A stretch of 64,000 nt of DNA. Origin: Felis catus (taxonomy: Eukaryota). This document shows, in pieces, positions 1 to 12,179 of this stretch. The first letter of the stretch is position 1, and every line of letters begins with the position of its first letter. The stretch is taken from assembly GCF_018350175.1 (NCBI RefSeq), contig NC_058368.1:103480001-103544000 (forward strand), given 5' to 3'. The notes below the pieces were generated by a model. That model had not been told where the DNA came from and ran no database searches. It saw only the letters and a program-made list of their open reading frames with translations. The position numbers and the translations under genes are program-made.

Positions 1-288
1 TTTCTTTGTTTTCTACTGTATTTTTAATTTTTTAAATTTTTTAAATTTTATTTTACTTTCATGATTTCATTTTATTCTATTTTATTGTATTTATTTTTCA
101 AATTTTGAAATGTTTTCCTTTTTTTCTTTTGTCCTTTTTTTCTTATCATCCCTTTTTTCCTCTATCAAGTTCCTTTCAACAACCAGACCAAAACATACCT
201 AGGTTCTAGTATATTTATTCGATTATTTTGTGTTGTTTTTAATTGTTTAATTTTTTTTTACTTTATTAATTCCTTTTCTTCCTTCAAA

Positions 289-1157
289 ATGACAAAATGA
301 AGGAATTCACCCCAAAAGAAAGAACAGGAAGAAATGACAGCCAGGGACTTAACAAAGATACAAGCAAGGAGTCTGAACCAGAATTTAGAATCACGATAAT
401 AAGAATACTAGCTGGGGTTGAAAATAGATTAGAATCCCTTTCTGTGGAGATAAAAGAAGAAAAAGCTAGGCAGGATGAAATAAAAAATGCTATAACTGAG
501 CTGTAATCTCCAATGGATGTCACAGCGGCAAGGATGGATGAAGCAGAGCAGCAAATCAGGGATACAGAGGACAAACTGAGGGAGAACAATGAAGCAGAAA
601 AAAAAAGAGGGAGACTGAGGCAAAAGAGCATGATTTAAGAATTAAAGAGCTCAGTGACTCATTAAAAAAAGGAATTGTAAGGGTCCCAGAAGATGAAGAG
701 AAAGAAAAGGGGTCAGAAGGTTTATGTGAGCAAATCATAGCAGAAAACTTTCCAAACCTGAGGAAAGACACAGACATCAAAACCCAGGAAGCATAGAGAA
801 CTCCCAGTATATTCAACAAAAAATGACCATCAACAAGGCATATTATAGTCAAATTCACAAAATACTCAAGCAAAGAAAGAATCATGAAAGCAGCAAGGGG
901 AAAAAAAGTCCTTAACCTACAAGGGAAAACAGATCAGGTGCACAGCGTATCTATCCACAGAAACTTGGCAGGCCAGACAAGAGTAGCAGGATATACTCAG
1001 TGTGCTGAATCAGAAAAATATGTAGTCAAGAATTCTTTATCCAACAAAGATGTCTTTTAAAATAGAGAGATAAAAAGTTTCCCAGACAAAAATCAAAGGA
1101 GTTCGTAACCACTAAACCAGCCCTGAAGAAATTTTAAGGGGGAGTCTCTGATCTCTG
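289..1157 (+). pseudogene. L1 ORF1 (RNA-binding/coiled-coil protein), disrupted
   Basis: ATG at 289 with early TGA; fragments such as SEPEFRITIIRILAGVENRLESL; multiple stops and frameshifts; end approximate. Confidence 0.85.
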
Positions 1158-1263
1158 AGAGGAGAAAAGATGGGGAAAAAACAAACCCAAAAAGACCGAA
1201 AGTAACAAAGATAAGAAAGGACCAGAGAACAGCACCAGAAACTCCAACTCTACAGGCAACATA

Positions 1264-3564
1264 ATGGCAATAAACTCGTATCTTCCACTACTCATTCTAA
1301 ACATCAGTGGACTAAATGCTCCAATCAAAAGACATAGGGTAACAGAATAGATAAGAAAAAAGGATACATCTACATGGTGTTTACAAGAGACCCACTTTAG
1401 ACCTAAAGACACCTTCAGATTGAAATTAAGGGGATGGAGAACCATCTATCATGCTAATGGTCAACAAAAGAAAGCCAGAGTAACCATACTTGTAGCAGAC
1501 AATCTAGACTTTAAAATAAAGACTGTATCAAGAGATGAAGAAGGGCATTATATCATAATTAAGGGGTCATCCACCAAGAATATCTAACTATTGTAAACAT
1601 TTAGACTCCAAACGTGAGAGCTCCTACATATATAAATCAATCCATCACAAACACAAAGAAATTCATTGAAAATAATACCAAAATAGTAGGGGACTTCAAC
1701 ACCCCACTTACAGCAATGGATGGGTTATCTAAATAGAAAGTCAACAAGGTAACAATGGCTTTGAATAACACACTGGACTGGATGGACTTAACATATATAT
1801 TCAGAACATTTCATCCCAAAGCAGCAGAATACACATTCTTTTCCAGTACAAATGGAACATTCTCCAGAATAGATCACATACTGGGACATAAATCAGTCCT
1901 CAACAAGGACAGAAGGATCAAGATCATTCCCTATATAGTTTCAGACACCAACACTATGAAACTTGACATCAACCACAAGAAAAAATGTGGAAAGATAACA
2001 AATACTTGGAGACCAAAGACCATCCAACTAAAGAATAAAAGGGCTAACTAAGAAGTTAAAGAGGAAATGAAAAAGTACATGGAAGCCAAAGAAAATGATA
2101 ACACCACAGCCCCAAACCTCTGGGACACAGCAAAGACAGTCCTAAGAGGCAAGTATACAGGAATCCAGGCCTTCCTAAAGAAGGAAAAAAGGTCTCAGAT
2201 ACACAACATAACCTTACGCCTTAAAGAGCTGGAAAAAGAACAGCAAATAAAACCCAAAACCAGCAGAAGACAGGAAATAATGAAGATTACAGCAGAAATA
2301 AAAGCTATCAAAACCAAAATACAAACCAAAACAAAATAGTAAAACAGATCATTGAAAACAGGAGCTGGTTCTTTGAAAGAATTAACAAAATTGATAAACC
2401 CCTAGCCAGTTTGATCAAAAAGAAAAAGGAAAGGACCCAAACAAATAAAATCAAGAATGAAAGAGGAGAGATCACAACCAACACAGCAGAAATAAAAACA
2501 ATAATAAGAGACTATTAGGATCAATTACATACCAATAAAATGGGCAATCTGGAAAAAATGGACAAATCCCTAGAAACACATACTCTACCAAAACTGAAAC
2601 AGGAAGAAATAGAAAACTTGAACAGACCCATAACCAGTAAAGAAATCAAATCAGTAATCAAAAATCTGCCAAAAAACAGGACTCCAGGGCCAGATGGCTT
2701 TCCAGGGGAATTCTACCAAACATTTAAGGAAGAGTTAACAGCTATTCTCTTTTGAAGCTATTCCAAAAAATAGAAATATAAGGAAAACTTCCAAACTCTT
2801 CCTATGAAGCAAGCATTACCTTGATTCCAAAACCAGAGACCTCACTAGAAAGGAAAACTACAGACCAATTTCCCTGATGAACATGGATGCAAAAATCCTC
2901 AACAAGATACTAGTCAACCAGATCCAACAATACTTTAAAAAAAATTATTCACCATGACCAAGTGGGATTTATACCTGGGATGCAGGACTGGTTCAATATC
3001 TGCAAAACAATTAACATGATTCATCACATCAATAAAAGAAAGGACAAGAACCATATGATCTTCTCAATAGATGCAGAGAAAGCATTTGACAAAATACAGC
3101 ATCCTTTCTTGATAAAAAACCCTCAAGAAAGTAGGGATAGAAGGATCATACCTCAAGATCATAAAAGCCATATATGAATGACCCAATGCTAATATCATCC
3201 TCAATGGGGAAAAACTTAGAGGTTTCCCCCTAAGGTCAGGAACAAGACAGGGATGTCCACTCTTGCCACTGTTATTCAACATAGTATTGGAAGTCTTAGC
3301 CTCTGCAGTCAGACAACACAAAGAAATAAAAGGCATCCAAATCAGCCAGGAGGAAGTCAAACTTTCACTCTTCGCAGATGACATGATACTTTATATGGAA
3401 AACCCAAAAGATTCCACCGAAAAACTGCTAGAACTGATGTATAAATTCAGCAAAGTCGCAGGATATAAAATCAGTGTACAGAAATTGGTTGCATTCCTAT
3501 ACAGTAATAATGAAGCAACAGAAAGAGATACCAAGGAATCAATCCCATTTACATTTGCACCAAA
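1264..3564 (+). pseudogene. L1 ORF2 (APE endonuclease + reverse transcriptase), disrupted and truncated
   Basis: GLNAPIKR start, [62 protein letters not shown] (FADD at 3371-3382). Confidence 0.95.
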
Positions 3565-3681
3565 TTGTAGGAGGAGGAATGGGCTAAATGGGTAAGGGGC
3601 ATTAAAGAATCTACTCCTGAAATCATTGTTGCACTATATACTACCTAACTTGGATTTAAATTTTAAAATAAATTTAAAAAA

Positions 3682-4050
3682 CACCATACAATGGAATATT
3701 ATTCACACATAAAAAGCAATGAAATACTGACGTATGCTACAATATGGATGAAATTTGAAACATTATTCTGTATGAAAGAATTTAGACACAAAGGTGTCAT
3801 CTTGTATGATTCCATTTACACCAAATATCCAGAATAGGCAGATCTATGGAGACAGAAAGTATATATGTGGTTAGAGTAGGAGAAGGGCATAGAGGAGTGA
3901 CTAGCTAATGAATGTGGGGTTCCCATTTGGGGTGATAAAAATGTTCTGGAACTAGATAGTGATGATAGGTGCACAACCTTTTGAATGTAACTAATGTCAA
4001 TGTCTTACTTTAAAATGGTTGCTGTTATATTTTGTGTATATTACCACACA
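3682..4050 (+). mobile_element. Old L1M (L1MB/MC-like) 3' end fragment
   Basis: catacaatggaatattattca...aatgaaatactga...tgtatgattccattta...ctggaactagatagtgatgatagg pattern of ancient L1 3'UTRs. Confidence 0.8.
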
Positions 4051-4438
4051 CACACATACCCATACACACACTCAAACTATACAGCATTCAGACAAAAAAA
4101 AATAGAATCACCTACATGATCTTGAGTTACACATCAATTTCTTAGATACAACACCAAAAGTAACAATAAAGTAGATTGCAACAATAAACTTCATGAAAAT
4201 TAAAATTTTGTCAAAGGACACCATCAAGGAAGTAGAAAGCTCACAGAATGAGAGAAAGTAAGTACAAACCATATATTTGGTAAGGGACTTGTTTCCAGAA
4301 TAAAGAATTTGAAATTCAACAAGAAAAACACAAATGACCCAATAAAAAAATGGGCAAAGTATCAACAGATATTTCTCCAAGAAAACATATGAATGGCTAA
4401 TTAACACATAAAAAGATGTTCCATATCATTAGTCCTTA

Positions 4439-4663
4439 AAAAAATTTTTTTTAACGTTTATTCACTTTTGAGAGACACAGAGCATGAGTGGGGGAGGAAA
4501 AGAGAGAGTGGGGGGGGAGAGGGAGACACAGAATCCAAAGCAGGCTTCAGGCTCTGAGCTGTCAGCACAGAGCCCTACACGGGATGGAACTCACGGACCA
4601 GACTGTAAGATCATGACCTGAGCCGAATTCGTACGCTTAACCAGCTAAGCCACCTAGGCCCCC
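4439..4663 (-). mobile_element. Can-SINE
   Basis: Reverse-strand SINE; 16-bp TSD atatcattagtcctta at 4423-4438 and 4665-4680. Confidence 0.95.
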
Positions 4664-5358
4664 AATATCATTAGTCCTTATAAAAACAAAGGTCAAAATC
4701 ACATAAGTGACCACTTCACACCAACGATGATGGCTATAATCAAAAAGAGTATTAAGGATGTGGGGAAATTTGAACCCTTCTACACTGCTAGGTATATGTA
4801 AAACTGTGCATTCATTTTGGAAAATAGTTTGAACTTCTTCAAAAAGTTAAATATAAATTTACCATGCATGTGACACAGCAATGTAATCCCAGGTAGATAC
4901 CCAAGAGACTTGAAAACATATCCATGCAAACCTTACACACAAATGTTCACAGCAGCACTATTCATAAAAGCCAAAAGGTAGAAAAAAACCAAAATGCTCA
5001 TCAATGGATAGATGGATAGATGAAATGTGGTATTATCCCTACAATGGAATATTCTTCAGCAGTAAAAATAAATGAAGTACCAATACATGCTACAGCATGG
5101 ATGAATCTCAAAAACATTATAATATGTGAAAGGAGGCAGTTACAAAAGATCACATATTACATGACCTTTTTCTTTATAGAAAATATGCAGAAAAGGCAAA
5201 TCTATAGATATAGAATGTGGATTACCAGTTGCCTACGGCTAGGGCCAGGGCATGGGTATAGACAAAGAATGACTACTAATAGGTACAAGGGAGGACGAAA
5301 ATATTCTAAAATTAGATCATGATTATTGCACAACTCTGTAAATATATTTAAAATGATA

Positions 5359-5575
5359 GGGGCGCCTGGGTGGCGCAGTCGGTTAAGCATCCGACTTCAG
5401 CCAGGTCACGATCTCGCGGTCCGTGAGTTCGAGCCCCGCGTCAGGCTCTGGGCTGATGGCTCAGAGCCTGGAGCCTGTTTCTGATTCTGTGTCTCCCTCT
5501 CTCTCTGCCCCTCCCCCATTCATGCTCTGTCTCTCTCTGTCCCAAAAATATAAATAAACGTTGAAAAAAAATAAT
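5359..5575 (+). mobile_element. Young felid Can-SINE (SINEC_Fc-like)
   Basis: ggggcgcctgggtggcgcagtcggttaagc head, B box gttcgagcc (5427-5435), most CpGs retained, (CT)n then A tail; short TSD taaaatga. Confidence 0.95.
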
Positions 5576-6089
5576 AAAATGACTGAATTGGACACTTTAC
5601 ATAGGTGAACTTTATGTATATATACATTATATCTCTATAAAAGTTAAAAATGAGAGCATTCATATTAAAAAGACCAGTTAATGACAAGCTCTATCAGTGA
5701 AAAAAGATCCAAAAGTAGTCACAGTATGTGGACACTTAAAATGCTAGGAGGATTAAAAACTATCCATTTTAGGTGAAAAAATAAATAGCTGCAATCACCA
5801 CAGGTTTGCCACCACACAATGACGATCAGATCAGAAGCAGACTTCTACTAATAAGTTGCGTGAATATAATTAAGCAGTATAGACTAAGCGCTGAGGGAAG
5901 TTATTTGGAATGTGGATACCCACATCCATAAAAAGGCAAGTTCAAGACAAAAAGCAAAACTCAGAAGTCTTCAAACATGTGAAAACTGGGACAGTTTATC
6001 ATCCATTTACTCTATGGGGAAAAAAAATGTTACTAGAGGGAGATAAGGAGGTCATCATATGTATTTTGCCTTTACTAAAAGCTGTGAAA

Positions 6090-6420
6090 ACTTGATTGAT
6101 TTTTTAGCTTCCCTTGTAGCTAGAATTTACCGTGTTACACAGTTTTGACCAATGAAATTCAGGTGGAAATCTCTTGCTCTCCCCCTTCCTGGAGTGCAGA
6201 CACAAAGCCTGCAGGCATAAGCAAAAAAGCTACGTAGCAAAGATGACAGAAGGAGAAGATAAGAGGAATGTAGATCCTTGAGGCACTGGCTAGTTCTTGC
6301 AGGTGTAAACTTTTTAATGTATTAGATAAGTGTATCCTTATATGTCATTTAGCTACATTTAGCTATAATTAGATATTTGTTTTCTTATTTGCTGTGACCT
6401 GCATTCCTGAATGAGATATT
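6090..6420. mobile_element. Ancient ERVL/MaLR LTR remnant
   Basis: tagctag...gtgttacacagttttgaccaatgaaat...cttcctggagtgcagac...aaagatgacagaaggagaagataagagg...gcattcctgaatga resembles MLT1/LTR16-class LTRs. Confidence 0.55.
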
Positions 6421-9400
6421 CCTGCATATGAAGACAAATACAAACAAGGAGATAATATGGAATACAAATTATGACTGCAATGGAAAATTCAGATGGTGTT
6501 AAGAAAGCTAGAATTAACTAAAGGAATGTCTAACGGATGGAAAGCTTGGTAGACTACCTCTGGCAAAACCCACAAAGCACAGAATATGTGCTCCACATGC
6601 TCCAACCACAACATGGATAAACCAAGCATTAGCGCATGAATTAATGTAACATGAACCACCAGAAGAAAGTAAGTTATAATCATAAATAAGTCAGAAATGG
6701 GACAGTACATAAATCCAGAAAAAGAGAAAATAGGTAAATAACATAAATAGAGCAAATTATGGTATAGTCATAATATATGAAATTATGTAACATATATAAT
6801 ACACAGTAAATACATAAATTATATAAAGCACAAAATGTCAAGTATAGGCAACTATAAAGAGAAGGTGTTGAGTTATTTACCCAAAGGGAAATGCTTTCAG
6901 CAACAGAGAAATTACTATATTTTTCATTATGTTTTCTTTTCTTAAAAAATATATATATTTTTTTACCACATATATCATTTTATAGAATAAGAAACAAGTC
7001 AATGAAGTACATATTTTGGAAAAAGAAAAACTCCAGCTCTGTTTTGCATTAACAGTAAAGGACCAGATTGCAGTCGTCACCATCAATTTAGCCACCAACA
7101 GGCAGTTACACAACAGCAAATACAAGTGCATGCAAAATACCCTAAAGGGTCAACTTTTTTAGTAATTGCCCAAACCTCATTCCTCAGTAACACTGTTTCT
7201 GAAGCTGCTAAATGTTATGCAATTGGCTTAACTTATCACCGTGTCACTCTTTTCTTGAATTTGTGGTCCAAGAGTGAAAGTGAGCTCCATGATAATTAAT
7301 TATCTGACAGTTTTATACTGAAAGAGAAAGATCATAATGATGAAGACTAATATAAATGTTGACATTTAACAAAATGCTGTAAAAGAAAATTTTATTATAC
7401 TACAGTGGCTACTTAACAATTGATTTCTTAATAATCCAAAAGATTAAATGGACCTAACAGAAGTCCCTAAATTACTCTTAGAAAATAGCTTCCACTGCTA
7501 TACCTCGCTTTTAAAGATGAAGAAACTGCTCAACTACTATCCTTGGCTTCCCATGGATCATGAAAAATCATGTATTCAAGTTTCTCAACCCCTTTATCCT
7601 TGGGTCAAAGGAAATTGAACAGGCTTTTGAGATCATAATCACTTGCTCATTGTTAACGTTAAGATATATTCAGAATATGAACAGAGTTGAACTCAGATAA
7701 AGGGACATAAATGTATCTACAGAGCTTATACTTTTAAATGCTTTAAAATCATTTAAAGATGCAACATTTGATTTAAATGTGTTATTTTTCACGCCTACAA
7801 TGAAAAGCTACCTGTACAGCATTTTATTTTTCTAAGTGTAATCACATCAAAATGATTGCTCAGATGTGCTGACCTATGAAATTCTCTTGGCATGTGGTGG
7901 TATTCATTAACTGTAATCATTAAGTCTATAGTAAACAATCCATTTCTGCAGTTATTTTTAAAAGACATCCTGATAAAGCCTAAAAAAGAATGATTCTGCC
8001 TGTACCTTGCACTACAATAAGATACGCAATTAAAATTACCATTCAACAGGAATGACATCTTTATGAAAATGGTTTGATAAGAAATTCAGGTCAAGAAGGC
8101 TAGCTAGAAGAGCATTCCATTTGCTTTAGCTAGCTAGCATCCTTTTCAGACATTCCTTTCTACAAAAAGACAATAGATAAAAGAAGAAAAGGGGAAACAA
8201 AGATTCTTTGTAAATACTGGTGCTTAACTCTGGGCGGGAGAGGACTACTGACCCTGAATACTCTGTAATTTCCTTGTTCAACATTCTGCCCCTTATAGCC
8301 TTGACAGGTTGTAAAATCAAAAGGTTCTCCAGGGTTGCTCTGAACATAAGTTTCCATGCTTGTTTGAACATGAATACTGTGCCAGTATTTCTCTGTAATT
8401 TATCCAGTTTTAGTTTGTCTTTTTGTTTGCTTACTTAACATCCTGCAATGTTAGACATTAAGGAAAAAATATCTGTGTTATCATTTTCATACTTTCCAAA
8501 ATATTAAGAGCGACACACTAACAAATTTTTTAATATACCATATCCAAGACAGCTTTACTTTAAAGTATATCTTCAAGGAAATCGACATGATTAACATACA
8601 GTTATGTTTTGAGATGTTGAATATTGTGGATTATCCAAGCTCATTTTTAAAATTATTTATCTACCTTTCACATAGTTTTATTTCTACAGAGTGACCTAAG
8701 AATTAGACAAATTTATTTCTCCCATCTCGTGCTTGGTACTGATGTTTGGTTTCAAACGTCCTAAAAAAAATCAGTGTTGAATATGAGCAAGTTATTCATA
8801 ATACAGCTTCTAATGAAGTATGGCCGTGACTTGAATAATAAATGTCCTAGCCCTTTAATAAGGTTCATCTCAGGCTCATAATACAACCGTACATTGTATC
8901 TATAATCCAGGGGAATTTTACCAAAGTCAAATTAAGACACATAAGAGCACATTCTTAAAGTGTGAGTCATAATCCTTAGGAAATGACTATAATTGATTTA
9001 CAACAAGCCAGCTGTACTGAGAACTCAGCAACCCCAGGTGATTATAACAGTTGCGCTCGGGTAAACCTGTGTGCACAACATGGTATCCTGGAATTTTTTA
9101 TTTGTCAGATTGTAAAATCCAAAGATAAAACACGTGGCTAATGGTGAACTTTCAGCAAAAACTACTGGAGAATGACCTTGCTTAGGTAAACATTTACTTA
9201 AACACATTAATAAAAATGTCAGACACATTTAAAAATCACAAAGATGTATAAAGCTACCGTGTGTTGCTAAAAAGTAAAACTTTGTTTGCCTTCATCTTAC
9301 AGATTCTGCTCGTTCAAGCTTTCTCCTTAGAAAACTCCAGATACGCCGCGTACTGTATCTGAAAATGATAAAGTGTGCCTCCCTGGTACAGTCTTGTCAA

Positions 9401-10884
9401 TTACATGTGCCTTGTTTCATTAGCTGCAGCTAATTATCAGCCACAGTGTTCTAGGCTATGAATTTAAATTGAGTAAAATGAGTGGTCATTTTTTATGATT
9501 TCCCTCTCGTCATTTCAAATACATCAGACTATTTTTATTACATGTAAAAATACTAAGAGGATAATAATCCAAATCTTTCACCGCCTTATTCAGTAAGTGA
9601 GTAAGTGTGTGTATTAAAGGTGACAAAGATAGATGGGATTAACTCCTTTTTTTTTGCTTGACGTCTTTTGCCCACAACATATGTTCAGGGCTATCAGGGT
9701 TATTACAGGGAACACGAACTAATCAGGTGGACAGTTTCACAAATAGTGCCTAGAACACATGGTGTCCTCCCAGTGTTAACAAGCAATGTCCCAATCACTT
9801 ACGAACATGGTCAAATAATGTGAAGATTTGTCATTTTTATTGTGGTTCTTAAAACTGTCGTTAAAATAATCATGCTGCTGTCTATGAGCTTCTGGATTGG
9901 AAGGTGAGATGCTGGGCCTTGACCTCGTTTGCTATTGAGTCATGAAAGGGAAGAAAATACAGGCTCTGTAATATTTCTCATGGTTATTCAAGCATCTACA
10001 TGTTTTAGCTTTAAAAAGAAGTTGTGGTTGAGGTTTATTCTTGAGGCTCAACTTAAGGTGAATTAATATCAGACATCCTTTCTGCTGAGAAGTTAAAAAC
10101 TTAAGTCTCTTAATAGCTATCCATTTACCAATATCTGTCTCCATTAAGAAAAAATGTTAACTAAATCTGACTGCAAAGATCATTCAGGAAATCTAATTCT
10201 AAGGTAATTTGGTGATTTTGTCCATTTACTTATATAAGTATTTAAATTTACCTGAGCACTGCTTCTAGTCTCCCATGCAATAGCACATCTTACAAAAGCG
10301 TGGATGTGTGGATTTTTATTTTTTAATTTTTAATTTTCACATATTTTCTGCAAATATGTCACTGCAAGTGGTCTCCTGGACAACTAACTAGAGAATATCA
10401 TTCTTTGCTTGCAAAGAAAATCAGCACAGAAAAAAATTATAGCTAAATGAACTAAATGAAGTATTCTGGGAAATTACATACAGAATATTGCTGGAAAACA
10501 ACTCAGAATTGTGAGATTTCCAAGTAAAGAGTCCCATTAAAAAATTGGAGCACTATCTAAGGGCAACAGCCAAACAGAAAGCCCCCTGGGCCCAGCATTT
10601 ATTCCACTGGCTTCCCTCAGGTTTTAAAAAAGAAGATATTTCTCTATTACATTTGTATCCTCAAGGTTTATAGCTTTCTTTCACATTATTTTTTTCTCCA
10701 TTTAGCCTTCTTCTTTCAAGTTGTTTATCATACTCAGGGTCACAGTTAATCATTACTGAAGTATGAAAAAAAATCTTAAAAATTAGAATTACATGAATTT
10801 GAAGTTAAAATAGATACTATCATATTACCCAATTAGCTTTTATGAAGTTTCTAGTACCTGGCCTTCCCACATAAAATAGAAAAC

Positions 10885-11325
10885 TACTCAAAAATATAGG
10901 CTTTGGAGACAAAGAGGCTGTTTTGGAAGGTTGTCTATGATACTTCATAGCTGTGTGAATTTGGGTGACGTATTTAACTACAGTGAGTCTCAACATTCTC
11001 ATCAGGAAAACGTAGTTAATAAGTCTTATTAAATAGATTTTTTTTAAGAGGGCTGTTTTTTTTAAGTTTATTTATTTATTTTGAGAGAGAGAAGGAGAGA
11101 CAGAATCCCAAGCAGGCTTCACACTCGCATCACGGAGCCCGATGTAGGGTTAGAACTTATGAACCATGAGATCGTGACCTGAGCAGAAACCAAGAGTCAG
11201 ATGCTTCAACAACTGAGCCACCTAAGCACCTCTTAAGAGGTCTAAAACAAAACCCATCTTGGGAAAGCATTTAGTAGAGTGAATGACACACAGGAAGTGC
11301 TTAGTAAGTGGCCTCGATTATATAC
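10885..11325 (+). mobile_element. MIR, interrupted by a SINE
   Basis: ggctttggagacaaa...agctgtgtgaatttgggtgacgtatttaac...gagtctcaacattctcatc...; resumes gaaagcatttagtagagtgaatgacacacaggaagtgctta. Confidence 0.7.
11055..11232 (-). mobile_element. Can-SINE
   Basis: TSD ttaagagg(g/t)ct at 11044-11054 and 11233-11243. Confidence 0.93.
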
Positions 11326-11689
11326 GTGAGACAATAGTCTTGGTTATTTCTATGTTGAACTTTCAGACCAAGCTCTGGACTCTAACGTTGTGGGAAACTA
11401 TATTCATTAGTTCTATTTCTATCAACTGGCTTAAACTTCTCTCTTTTTCAACTCCTCATCAAGAAACAGTGACCTTCTCTTTCTGGGACATCGCTTCTCT
11501 CTAGCCAGTATCAATCACTACTACTTCAACCCTCGACCATTTTCCCCAGTCCTGTTCCAAATTTTTAACATAACTACATCCAAGTTCATGATTCATCACC
11601 TCAGAGAAGACACATCCCTTCCCTTGGTCCATAGTAACTTTCTCAAACTCTTGTATGGACCCCACTTCTAAAGTTATCTCACCCCTTCA

Positions 11690-12110
11690 ATTATCTTATC
11701 CCCTTCGTCTAGACTTTTAGCCCCATCAGTCTATATGCATGTCTCAATGTATATCATCTTAAAAAAAAATCTTCCTTCAACCCAAACCTCCCTTTATTTC
11801 TTCCATTCATATCTAAGTGTCTTGAAAGGAAACACTCTGCTGTTCCTATTTAATCATTTTATTTACTCATTAAATATTAAAAATCTTATTTTGACCCTAT
11901 CACTCCACTGAAAATATTATTCCCTTGATCACCAATGATCTTTTATTTATAAAGCCCAGGGGACACTTTGTAGTCTTTATTTGTAACATTTGAAAATGCT
12001 GATCATCCTCTCCTGGAAGTTCTCCTCTCTGAGTTTCTAACAGCTTCACTATCACAGGTTCTCCTCCTAGCTCTCTGGCCACATATTGAAATCCATGATA
12101 TCTTTTTCTT
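11690..12110 (+). mobile_element. L2 fragment
   Basis: cactccactgaaaat...ccttgatcaccaatgatc...gctgatcatcctctcctggaagttctcctctctgagtttc typical of L2 ORF2 relics. Confidence 0.65.
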
Positions 12111-12179
12111 CTGTTTCTGCATTGTAATTATTCTATCTGTAGTTCTCTTTCATTCAACAAAAGAACACTGGTTGGTCTG

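Larger units (their letters stand above)
1..3680 (+). mobile_element. LINE-1 (carnivore/felid type), decayed, internally deleted; 5'UTR runs off the window start
   Basis: T-rich 5'UTR (1-288), ORF1 and ORF2 remnants, then an abrupt jump at ~3564 to the L1 3' terminus (gggctaaatgggtaaggggcattaaagaatctactcctgaaatcattgttgcac...aataaa) and an A-rich tail. Confidence 0.95.
4100..5650 (+). mobile_element. Old L1M 3' ORF2/3'UTR fragment, interrupted by two SINEs
   Basis: ttcttagatacaacaccaaaag...aaaaaatgggcaaag...aaatgttcacagcagcactattcataa...acaatggaatattcttcagcag; ends near atctctataaaagttaaaaa. Confidence 0.8.

Noticed and set aside
1755..3595. RT/endonuclease ORFs as an active or novel reverse-transcriptase system
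   Set aside because: Ordinary L1 ORF2 broken by stops and frameshifts and missing its C-terminus.
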